Positions 56,362-64,000 of a stretch of DNA of 64,000 nt are shown piece after piece. The stretch comes from Minisyncoccota bacterium (GTDB lineage Bacteria; Patescibacteriota; Minisyncoccia; JAHIHE01; JAGLIN01): NCBI GenBank assembly GCA_041661265.1, contig JBAZUT010000002.1, forward strand, positions 12,316-76,315, given 5' to 3'. Position 1 is the stretch's first letter, and each line of letters opens with the position of its first letter. A program made the position numbers and the translations under genes. A model generated the notes under the pieces. The model was given only the letters and a program-made list of their open reading frames with translations, had not been told where the DNA came from and ran no database searches.

Positions 56362-57729
56362 TTACTGCAATAGGGGCCTAAGTTCAACCTTATCTTCGGC
56401 TTTTTCGCCATAAGATGCGATCGCTATTTTAATCTTTAATTCACTTTCTAGAAAGTGTATATATTCAGCTTTTTTCACCGTTTGGTAGATCGGTCTGCAT
56501 AACTTGAGAAGTTCTGCGAGTTTGCCTTGGTGTTCGGAAGAGGTCTTTGCGGGAAAATTAATATTTTTTATCATTATTTTTCCACTTGTTTCTTCGAACT
56601 CGAAGTATTCCTGCAGCGATGCATCTTTTTTTCCGCAGTATTCATAGGCCTCGCACACCCTGATCTTTTCAAAATCAAGACGGTCAAGGTTTGTAAGTGC
56701 GACACAATTAATTTTTCCTGCTACCCTCAGAGCATACCTTGACGCCACCAGATCAAACCATCCGATGCGAAATTCACCCTGCCATTCATTTGTGATGTTA
56801 TGCGTGTCCGGTATCTTTCCGGTCAGCCATTTATTGTATGTTACAAACGGACCTGCGCCATGCCGGGTGCTATACGCCCGGATAACTCCGATCTTGACGA
56901 CCTTCCCTTGAAGTCCCATGGACCCGATCAGCTCTTCTGCATTGGCGAAAGTAGTGCACGAATGCGTTATGTGAGGATAGAATCCCCTTTTTTCATCAAG
57001 GAGAACTCCCTGCGCCCCTTCGAAGACGACACTTCCGGAAATTTCAGCTCCTTTTTTCTTGCCGATTTTCAGCGCTTTAGAAAAACTGGAGTAATACGAG
57101 GCTAGTCTTCCGACGTATTTTTCATCTTTCAGATTCCCCAGAAGCTCCTGCAGTTTTGAATTTTCCGGCTGCTCGGAAGCAATTTGCTCCGCAATATCTG
57201 TCTTCATGCGCCATAGAAAATCCAGCTTTGTCTGAAGTGTTTCCGGATCCGAAAGGTCCTTCGCCCGAAGAGCCATTTCTCCATAATTTCTTCCGTCCTT
57301 CACCGCCTCGCCGACTCCGAATCCGCAGCTTCCGTGTTTCTTATTGCCTCTTGAAATTTCCAGCATCTGATTGATAATGCCGTGAAATGGTGTCACTATG
57401 AGACAATCGGGATCGATCGAAACTAGCCACAAAGGACGTTTTACGCCTTTTTTCGCAAGTGAATTGGCTTCGTGTCCGAGCCGTACCGGATCAACCATCA
57501 CTTTATCGAAGAGATATGTACTTGCTCCTGAAAAAGTTCCTGATCCGTACTGCGCGAAACAATGAAGATATCCGTCGGAATTCACCACGTAATGCGCCGC
57601 TTGCGGCCCGCCATTATAACGGACAATTGATTTTATGTCATATCGTCTCGCAAGATAATCCACAATAGAACCCTTTCCTTCATCGCCGAAGCCCAAGCCC
57701 GCTACAATGAAGATCCTTTCTTCTTTCAT
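56362..57729 (-). CDS. Adenylosuccinate synthetase (PurA)-family enzyme, divergent
   Basis: GDEGKGS P-loop, GGPQAAH in place of GGHNAGH, and FEGAQG are present. Several other conserved PurA segments are strongly diverged. Confidence 0.7.
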   Translation of the reverse strand: MKEERIFIVAGLGFGDEGKGSIVDYLARRYDIKSIVRYNGGPQAAHYVVNSDGYLHCFAQYGSGTFSGASTYLFDKVMVDPVRLGHEANSLAKKGVKRPLWLVSIDPDCLIVTPFHGIINQMLEISRGNKKHGSCGFGVGEAVKDGRNYGEMALRAKDLSDPETLQTKLDFLWRMKTDIAEQIASEQPENSKLQELLGNLKDEKYVGRLASYYSSFSKALKIGKKKGAEISGSVVFEGAQGVLLDEKRGFYPHITHSCTTFANAEELIGSMGLQGKVVKIGVIRAYSTRHGAGPFVTYNKWLTGKIPDTHNITNEWQGEFRIGWFDLVASRYALRVAGKINCVALTNLDRLDFEKIRVCEAYEYCGKKDASLQEYFEFEETSGKIMIKNINFPAKTSSEHQGKLAELLKLCRPIYQTVKKAEYIHFLESELKIKIAIASYGEKAEDKVELRPLLQ

Positions 57730-57853
57730 ATCGCACCTCCGATTCGATCCGATATTCGATATATATTTTGTTCCTTATTCCATTCATCATTCCATAAAAA
57801 GTTATGCGGGGTTAAGCGCGAGCTCAACCCCGGCATGTTCTCATTTCAGTTCT

Positions 57854-59413
57854 TTATTGCAGTTTTGATGATTTGCTCTTTCTCTTTGTTCCTCCTCCGG
57901 GAACCAGCCGGTTTGAATCTATTTTCACAAGCTCCATACCCGTGCTCACCACGCCGGCAAGAGCCTTCCGGGTCTGGCTTCGTCTCAACTCTGTCTGGCC
58001 TCGTCCTTCCATATCCACGAGATACCCCTCGAGATCGACGTTTCCTTCCGCGATCGCAAGCGCACCCAGCATGACATCGACGATCCCTTTTGGATCTTCG
58101 CACATAAGGATGTTTTCCGCAGAGATCACATCGGCCCATTGAGCTTTTATAAGCTCATCGTTATAGCCCGCATACTTATCGGCGTCATTCTTCCTTTCTC
58201 TGGCCTTGCTCGGGTCAAAGTCGAATTCATGGACCTGGACATTGCTTGAAGAACCACTAAGCCCATCCGGAGTTCTTCCTTCAAAGTGCATGATGTCGTC
58301 GCCGACCTGCACCTCTACGCGAAATTCCGTTCCTTCAAGGCTCCGCTCATGAAAGGCGTAATTCTGGACATATATCTTATAATGTCCTTTCGGCGCCTTT
58401 CCCCTTGGCCATCTTACGTTTTCAACCGGCTTATCCGTATTGAAAGCGTCATTCTTATAGCCCTGAACGTTCATGTCCACATCAAGGAATCCTCCGCAAG
58501 GAGCCGGAGAATGGTTGTTCCGTTTGCAGTGCGAGCCATAAAAGATATGATGTCCGCATGGATCTATGATATGGATATCGAGGTCATTTCTCTTATTCCA
58601 GAGAAGTGATGCGCGTATATCCACATCGGCTGCATCATACATTCCGCCCGCTTCCTTGACCCGCTTTTCCATTTCCGCATCAATATCGGCCCTCCTCTCA
58701 TTCCACTTTTTCTGCGGGAATATGAGGAAAACATGATATTTTTGCTGCAGTTCCGCAAAGATCTGCTTCGAGTCGATATCCTCAGGCAGGTCATCTCCGA
58801 TCCATTTCTTCACCTGTTCCCTGGAAACTTTCGGATAGAATCCTTCGTCTCCCAGGAAGAACAGATAACCTTTCTTGCCTCGCTTGTTGGCATCCAGGAT
58901 CGTGTGTCGTGCGGCAAAATATGCCATTAGTTCATATGATTCCTGTCCTGTTCCGCCTCCGCCTTCTTCAAGCCATATCTTCGCCAGATTCTGATCAAGC
59001 CTGTTATCAGACTCAAACTGTCCGACCTGGATCGGCGCTTTATCGCAAGGGATCCCATTGGCCACGCTCGCATCGCCTACCGCTCCAAAACAGATCGTAG
59101 GATGAGAAACATAGTTCCTCATTATGGCCTGTCCGATGAACATCGGCAATTTTGCATATATGACCTTTGTGTCATCTCCTCGTGAACGCGTCACGTCAAA
59201 CGCCACGAATATCCCTGTAGTTTCGGGATGCTCGGGGCTGTCCCGGCATTCCCTGTTTTTCTTCTTTATATTCAGATCCTTATGGCATTCCCTTTTTGCA
59301 GGGTTCCGGGCAGCTTCGGAATCTCCGCCTTCATAACCCTCATAGGTGAACACCCTTCTTTCCGTAGATCTGGCTCTTTCGCCTACATCTCCGTTATAAT
59401 CTCCGCCTCCCAT
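57854..59413 (-). CDS. vWA (MIDAS: DVTRS ... T ... LGDEG) domain protein with C-terminal Cys/His-containing domain (519 aa)
   Basis: MIDAS-like pattern FVAFDVTRSRGDD...GGGGTGQESYELM...YLFFLGDEG. The C-terminal half is uncharacterised (DPCGHHIFYGSHC). The start overlaps the upstream kinase-like gene with a 4-bp gap. Confidence 0.55.
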   Translation of the reverse strand: MGGGDYNGDVGERARSTERRVFTYEGYEGGDSEAARNPAKRECHKDLNIKKKNRECRDSPEHPETTGIFVAFDVTRSRGDDTKVIYAKLPMFIGQAIMRNYVSHPTICFGAVGDASVANGIPCDKAPIQVGQFESDNRLDQNLAKIWLEEGGGGTGQESYELMAYFAARHTILDANKRGKKGYLFFLGDEGFYPKVSREQVKKWIGDDLPEDIDSKQIFAELQQKYHVFLIFPQKKWNERRADIDAEMEKRVKEAGGMYDAADVDIRASLLWNKRNDLDIHIIDPCGHHIFYGSHCKRNNHSPAPCGGFLDVDMNVQGYKNDAFNTDKPVENVRWPRGKAPKGHYKIYVQNYAFHERSLEGTEFRVEVQVGDDIMHFEGRTPDGLSGSSSNVQVHEFDFDPSKARERKNDADKYAGYNDELIKAQWADVISAENILMCEDPKGIVDVMLGALAIAEGNVDLEGYLVDMEGRGQTELRRSQTRKALAGVVSTGMELVKIDSNRLVPGGGTKRKSKSSKLQ

Positions 59414-59417
59414 ATTC

Positions 59418-60557
59418 TTACCTCCATTGTATTATTTTTTTCTTCATTTTCAATTCCTCAAATCTTTCCGATCCCCAGATCTTTTTCCGAAGATCTCTCA
59501 ATTGCGCATGCATTTCCCAGGCATCATTGGCCCTCTGAATGGGGCTTTCCATTACAAAGAACCTGATGAACCTCTGGAATCTCTCATCCACCGAGCCGGG
59601 CATGGTATTCGTCCTGATGTCTCCACCAAGCGCATATATCATGCATTTTCCGATGGAATAAAGATCAGATGACGGGGTAGGACGCTTTCCCTGTTTCACT
59701 TCCGGAGCGCTATAGTCTTCATCATAATATTTGAAGCTTTCTCCGGTATGGAAAGGATCTCGTGTCGCATAACTCCAGTCAACGATCATTACATTATCGT
59801 CTCGAGGACGCGACATTATGTGTGAAGGATTGATCTTGTTGTGAGTCCAATCCGTACTATGTGAATATCCGATAGCGCTTAGGGTCCTATCAAATATCCA
59901 CGCCACATGCCTCTGATGTATTCCGTTCTTATATTCCTCACGCATTGAGTAAAGATCGTATCCGTCGAAACTCTCCAGAATAAGGCCAGGTTTGTGATCA
60001 GTTGTTCTGAATTGGTCGATCAAAACCGGAAAATGCTTGCTTTGCTTGCTTCGTTGCGAATTAAGGAACTTTAATATCCTTACTTCGTTTTGCATCAAAA
60101 CATCATCGGCCGGATCTATGACCACCTTAAACTTGACGGGTATCGAAGCATTCTCACCTTTCACACAGATTCCTGAATAGATCAGCGAAATATCTCCTTC
60201 CGCCTCTTTCGGCAACTTCATATGATATTCACGATTCTGCCTCTTAAAGACAATTACTTCTTCTTCCGATGAGTCCTGTTCTGACGAACCGCCGTTTGCT
60301 TCCCGCTCGATCATTAGATCGGCTTCTTTCCGGAAAACGTTCAGCATCTTGAATGCTTCTTCTGCCATCTTGAAAACATTGTCGTTATATCTGAAATGGT
60401 CAGGAAAGACGAACTTCGTCTTTTCTACATAGATTTCCCTGACTTTTTTCAGACGGACGGCGACATCTTCGCCTGACAAATTTCCGAAAATATCTTCCGG
60501 AGACTTTGCACGTTGAAGTTCCGCATGTATAGCCTTCAATTCTTCCTCTTTGTTCAT
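59418..60557 (-). CDS. Eukaryotic-type Ser/Thr protein-kinase-fold protein with degenerate catalytic loop (predicted pseudokinase or atypical kinase)
   Basis: - Gly-rich-loop-like IYSGICVKG.
- Beta3 lysine VKFKV.
- APE motif (YSAPEV).
- Subdomain IX DLYSIGKCMIYALGG.
- HRDLKPxN is replaced by HNKINPSH and DFG by DWS. Confidence 0.6.
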   Translation of the reverse strand: MNKEEELKAIHAELQRAKSPEDIFGNLSGEDVAVRLKKVREIYVEKTKFVFPDHFRYNDNVFKMAEEAFKMLNVFRKEADLMIEREANGGSSEQDSSEEEVIVFKRQNREYHMKLPKEAEGDISLIYSGICVKGENASIPVKFKVVIDPADDVLMQNEVRILKFLNSQRSKQSKHFPVLIDQFRTTDHKPGLILESFDGYDLYSMREEYKNGIHQRHVAWIFDRTLSAIGYSHSTDWTHNKINPSHIMSRPRDDNVMIVDWSYATRDPFHTGESFKYYDEDYSAPEVKQGKRPTPSSDLYSIGKCMIYALGGDIRTNTMPGSVDERFQRFIRFFVMESPIQRANDAWEMHAQLRDLRKKIWGSERFEELKMKKKIIQWR

Positions 60558-60796
60558 TTTTTCACCTCTTCAACATTATTCATTTCTCTGATCCTTACAG
60601 AGCATATCTTTCTTTCTGTCACATCATTCTATACACCTCGAGTTGTTAAAGTACGTTCCTCAGGATAACATTGATCTTCGCTATCCTGCTGAAAGGCAAT
60701 CACGTTTACATTGATTATCTTTCAGCAATCAACGAGATCATAGATTGAAAAATATTTGGCGGAACAGTTCGTTCTGCTCCGCCGCCTGTTTGTTTC

Positions 60797-61453
60797 CTAA
60801 GCTTTTTTTCTTCTGTATAATTTATGTTCTTTTATATATTCGATCACTCTCGGATCAACCAGCCCGTCAATCGGCCTATCTTCCGAAACGAGCCGCCGTA
60901 TCAGAGTCCCCGAACCGACAAGACCCTCGATCTCGATCACCTCGGAATGCGGAGGCAAGTCGTCCGGCTTCGCTTCATATCCCGGTCTCATAATGATCAA
61001 AAAATTCAGATTGTTCCATATTTCCGGCCCCTTGTTCCAAGCGGCCTGAATTTCGGAATTATTCCTGCATCCTCCGGCTATCAGATCCTCGCCGATGAGA
61101 TGCCAGATCTCGGCATTGGGATGAAGTTCCTGATATTTTTCCTGAACAAGATATGTCGGCGTAAATATATTATTTTCCAGATCATCGAGATCAAGCCTGA
61201 CCCTGGGAATATTCTCAAACGCTATCTTCGCCATTTCCATCCTGTCATGGATCGAGGTCTCATTCGTTGTCGATTTGTCCTCGCGGAAACCGCATGGGAT
61301 CACATAGACAAAATCAAATAATTTTGTAAGTTCCATCGCGATTATCTGGTGCGGTATATGCGGAGGATTCATGCTTCCTCCGACGATCACCACCCTTTCT
61401 TTTCCTTTGCGTCTATACAATTCATTCACCTCTTTAATACACGATAAAATCAC
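60797..61453 (-). CDS. Nicotinate/nicotinamide mononucleotide adenylyltransferase (NadD/NMNAT)-family nucleotidyltransferase
   Basis: GGSMNPPHIPH matches the (H/T)xGH cytidylyltransferase-fold motif GGSFNPxHxxH. Length 218 aa. Confidence 0.7.
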   Translation of the reverse strand: MILSCIKEVNELYRRKGKERVVIVGGSMNPPHIPHQIIAMELTKLFDFVYVIPCGFREDKSTTNETSIHDRMEMAKIAFENIPRVRLDLDDLENNIFTPTYLVQEKYQELHPNAEIWHLIGEDLIAGGCRNNSEIQAAWNKGPEIWNNLNFLIIMRPGYEAKPDDLPPHSEVIEIEGLVGSGTLIRRLVSEDRPIDGLVDPRVIEYIKEHKLYRRKKA

Positions 61454-61647
61454 CTTTTAAAAGAACTTTTTTCTTCATTGCGCTTCCGACAATATCCGTT
61501 TAATGAATATTGACCTTCAAATATAGGACTTCTATCCTATATTGTCAAGCTCAAAAACGTCATCAGACACCCCTATTCCAAACCCCTGAAATAATGTGCT
61601 TTCATGGCTGATCCGGCCAATGAACATTTAAAAAAATCCGCTTGTTT

Positions 61648-62568
61648 TTAAGCAGGATTATTGTTTGTTCTGTTTTGATATTGTCTCATCACTGAAATAG
61701 CTCTTTCGAATATTGCCATCCTCGAGCTCAGACCGTCGCTCAGCATGAACGATCTGAAACCGATCGATTCAAGATAGCGAAGGCTCAAAAGGTCTTGCAT
61801 GGAAACTGTTTCGCTTCTTTCCAAAGAGGTCAGAATGCGGGACGCGGCTATCGCATCGGGATCGCTTTTGATGACAAGATCAAGTGCATCGAAAATTTCG
61901 GTCTTATCATCCCCGATGTTTATATATCCGTCATCAGACGCAAAGATCAATCTGACATTCCGCTTCAGTGCGGGATATTCCCTCCTGACGAATTCCAGGC
62001 CCTTCTGGGATTCTATTTTCAGATAGATCTCGGCCTTCGGATCGAGAGCCAGGACATCCGAAATATCGGACATCTCTTCGACAAAAGAAAGCATGTATTT
62101 ATGCACTCCAAGCTCCGCTGCCGCATTGATATATTCAACATCTTCCGGCGTCAGATATTCGAATATCTTCAGATTATTGCCATGTATGTTCACGGCCTGC
62201 CCTTCCCCAAGAGCTTCTCTCGGGTCCGGATCCACATAGATCACTTTTCCGGAGATGATCCTTATTTCCGACTCGTCGCCTCCCCGGAATATGATCTTTG
62301 CGGGAAGGTCCACACTGAACTCATGATTTAGTTCGATGTTCCCGAATGGAGGAATGGTCCACTTGGCAACGCGCAGCTGCCGTCCTTTCACATCGATAAA
62401 CAATGTCCTGTCGCCGATGATCGACAACACGGCCTCGATCGCTTCCTTTGCGCTTTTATATTGATTCTTTGCTCCGATATTCAACCTGACCCCATCCACA
62501 AGATCATCGCTCAAAACTCTTTCAACGAGATCCTCTTTATAGAGAGCCGGTAACGTTACTATTAGCAT
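61648..62568 (-). CDS. Pyruvate-kinase-like TIM-barrel (A-domain only, 306 aa)
   Basis: Aligns by eye to PK (MLIVTLP~KIVCTIGP, RLNIGAK~RLNFSHG, FIDVKG~LLDTKG, KIESQKGLE~KIENEEGV, ASDDGYINIGDD~AADGLMVARGDLG). It lacks the PK B-domain and C-terminal domain. Confidence 0.55.
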   Translation of the reverse strand: MLIVTLPALYKEDLVERVLSDDLVDGVRLNIGAKNQYKSAKEAIEAVLSIIGDRTLFIDVKGRQLRVAKWTIPPFGNIELNHEFSVDLPAKIIFRGGDESEIRIISGKVIYVDPDPREALGEGQAVNIHGNNLKIFEYLTPEDVEYINAAAELGVHKYMLSFVEEMSDISDVLALDPKAEIYLKIESQKGLEFVRREYPALKRNVRLIFASDDGYINIGDDKTEIFDALDLVIKSDPDAIAASRILTSLERSETVSMQDLLSLRYLESIGFRSFMLSDGLSSRMAIFERAISVMRQYQNRTNNNPA

Positions 62569-62701
62569 ATCATCACCTCACAAAATTTTTCAATGTTCAC
62601 TTTCAAAGCTGATTCCCGCTTTGACAGATAATAATATATAAGTTCAATGCGGATGTCAAATATGCCGAGCCCGGACTTCCATTGACAGATATGCAAAAAG
62701 T

Positions 62702-62968
62702 ATGTTAGATTTCGCGTCATGGAGGAATGAGATGCAATATCTTATACAAACACTGAATTCGCTCTATGGATTGAAAATAGAAAAAGGCAAATTCACCATA
62801 GGCAAACTGATGAAGATAAACGAATCTCCGGCTGTTGACGTCGGAGACACCAAACAGGGAGACGAAATGGTCTTCGATCCGCACGGATGCATCAGCATCT
62901 TCAATAAAGGAGAATTCCAGCTTAGGACGAGCCCCGTAATAAACATGAATTTAGTTCAAACAAAATAA
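62702..62968 (+). CDS. Hypothetical protein (88 aa)
   Basis: ORF on the opposite strand, followed by a hairpin-plus-T-run element. Confidence 0.35.
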   Translation: MLDFASWRNEMQYLIQTLNSLYGLKIEKGKFTIGKLMKINESPAVDVGDTKQGDEMVFDPHGCISIFNKGEFQLRTSPVINMNLVQTK

Positions 62969-62997
62969 AGCGCCGGCAAACGGCACTTTTTTTAAAT
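62965..62997. terminator. Terminator-like repeat ataaagcgccgRcaaacggcactttttttaaat (copy 1; copy 2 at 63733..63764)
   Basis: Two near-identical 33-bp elements, each a short GC hairpin followed by T7. They flank the 63070..63669 gene. Confidence 0.5.
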
Positions 62998-63069
62998 TCA
63001 CGAGGTCCTTTTTTTCGATACGATCCAGGGTCAAACAATGCCATAAAAAAATAAGGAAAGTTCATTTCC

Positions 63070-63669
63070 TTACTGCGAAGCGGATGCTTCCTTTATTCTC
63101 GCTTTATAGATGTGCCATTTAGCAAATACAAAGATAATTATTCCAAATGCCGCCAATGTTTCTATCGATGTCACAAGCGCAGGCTTCAAGGTCTCAATTA
63201 CGACAGAGAATGCTATCCCCATGATTGCCAGCAAGGGAACTTCTCTTAATATTTTTTCAGAAACCTTCCTTCCCCGGATCTCAAGCACAGCAGGTACGAG
63301 CGCGATCAAGCTTATGGCGATCATGATTTGCTGCATTGAAGAAATATTTATTTCCCGATTGGCTATTATCTTCACAATATAGACCACCAGCAATATTACC
63401 GGAATCTCAATAGCCAGGTCGCTGCGCAGATTTGATAGGGGTATTTTTACACGCTGACTTCTGGAAATAAATTTTTTCTCCAGTCGTTCAAATTCACTCT
63501 TACCCTGAAGAGATGCGGGCAGTGCTCCGTGTCTTTTCTGAAAACACGTTCTCAGAACCTCTTTGTTATACTTCTCAATGAAAGTTTCCCTGCCTGCAAA
63601 CCATAACCCTATAACCGTAATAATTGCTATGGCTGCCAGTATATATCCGATCATATAAACTACCTCCAT
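63070..63669 (-). CDS. Hypothetical membrane protein (199 aa)
   Basis: Four or five hydrophobic helices. Confidence 0.5.
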   Translation of the reverse strand: MEVVYMIGYILAAIAIITVIGLWFAGRETFIEKYNKEVLRTCFQKRHGALPASLQGKSEFERLEKKFISRSQRVKIPLSNLRSDLAIEIPVILLVVYIVKIIANREINISSMQQIMIAISLIALVPAVLEIRGRKVSEKILREVPLLAIMGIAFSVVIETLKPALVTSIETLAAFGIIIFVFAKWHIYKARIKEASASQ

Positions 63670-63732
63670 TGTTTATATACCATATTTATTACATAATGTC
63701 AAGATTTCAAGACCCAAAGCAACATCACAAAA

Positions 63733-63764
63733 TAAAGCGCCGACAAACGGCACTTTTTTTAAAT
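63733..63764. terminator. Terminator-like repeat (copy 2)
   Basis: See 62965..62997. Confidence 0.5.
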
Positions 63765-63813
63765 ATAGTCCGGCATCCCCAACCCGCCGGCATACACTAT
63801 GACATCCATCAAA

Positions 63814-63996
63814 CTATTGATCTCTTTTCTTCAATGCTTCCTCGACCTTGTTCTTATAAGCCTCGTCTATCTTTTTCCTCTGCTCATCAAGCTTTCTCTC
63901 ATTGATCCTTTCCAAAAGGCCTTCAAAAAGCTCGTTCTGCCTTTTGAAAAGCGCATCCATTTTTTTTATGAATCCATCAAACGCCTTTTTTGCCAA
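63814..63996 (-). CDS. Charged coiled-coil-like protein, C-terminal part (gene likely extends beyond the window end)
   Basis: The ORF begins at an ATG 4 nt from the window edge, so the true start may lie outside. Confidence 0.3.
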   Translation of the reverse strand: MAKKAFDGFIKKMDALFKRQNELFEGLLERINERKLDEQRKKIDEAYKNKVEEALKKRDQ

Positions 63997-64000
63997 ATTT

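Overview
This 64 kb window comes from a low-GC bacterial genome. Genes are mostly compact and on the minus strand, and the window is rich in repeats and mobile elements.

Recognisable housekeeping genes:
- rpsL-rpsG followed by a terminator, with no fusA downstream
- rpmB, which the ORF track missed
- rpmA
- tRNA-Pro(TGG)
- a PriA-like helicase
- MgtE
- DedA
- a site-2 (M50) protease
- a NUDIX hydrolase
- myo-inositol-1-phosphate synthase
- a thioredoxin-CcdA (DsbD-like) fusion
- an AMMECR1-domain protein
- a Trm11/RlmL-like RNA methyltransferase
- a PQQ-type sugar dehydrogenase
- an ICMT-family methyltransferase
- a Cas4-like PD-(D/E)XK nuclease

Accessory content:
- A 2453-aa RHS/YD-repeat polymorphic-toxin-like protein with SpvB, FG-GAP and two LamG segments, followed by a candidate immunity gene.
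- An ISAs1-family IS with 17-bp terminal inverted repeats and a transposase frameshifted at an A8 tract.
- A 311-aa IS200/RayT-like HUH transposase next to GC-rich palindromes.
- Two 96-aa GIY-YIG mini-genes embedded in composite hairpin-repeat structures.
- Several families of short palindromic repeats.
- A tRNA-Pro-proximal AT-rich region bounded by degenerate copies of the tRNA 3' end.

The most striking region is 41.8-62.6 kb, a co-directional locus that may be an undescribed conflict or diversification system. A classical AAA+ ATPase sits immediately upstream of a tandem array of 10 paralogous genes. The paralogs share a conserved ~100-aa N-terminal domain and, in most copies, a ~100-aa C-terminal domain. 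The middle of each protein is hypervariable and modular. Each transcription unit is preceded by a conserved ~165-bp leader carrying two hairpins and a strong RBS. Some leader plus N-terminal segments are identical over more than 400 bp between members, which suggests gene conversion. Directly upstream of the ATPase are two tiny DUF2997-like genes, a 170-aa protein, a divergent PurA-like enzyme, a tightly coupled vWA-domain protein and degenerate Ser/Thr-kinase-like protein, an NadD-like nucleotidyltransferase and a barrel-only pyruvate-kinase-like protein.

All functional assignments are from reading motifs in the sequence by eye. No database searches were run.
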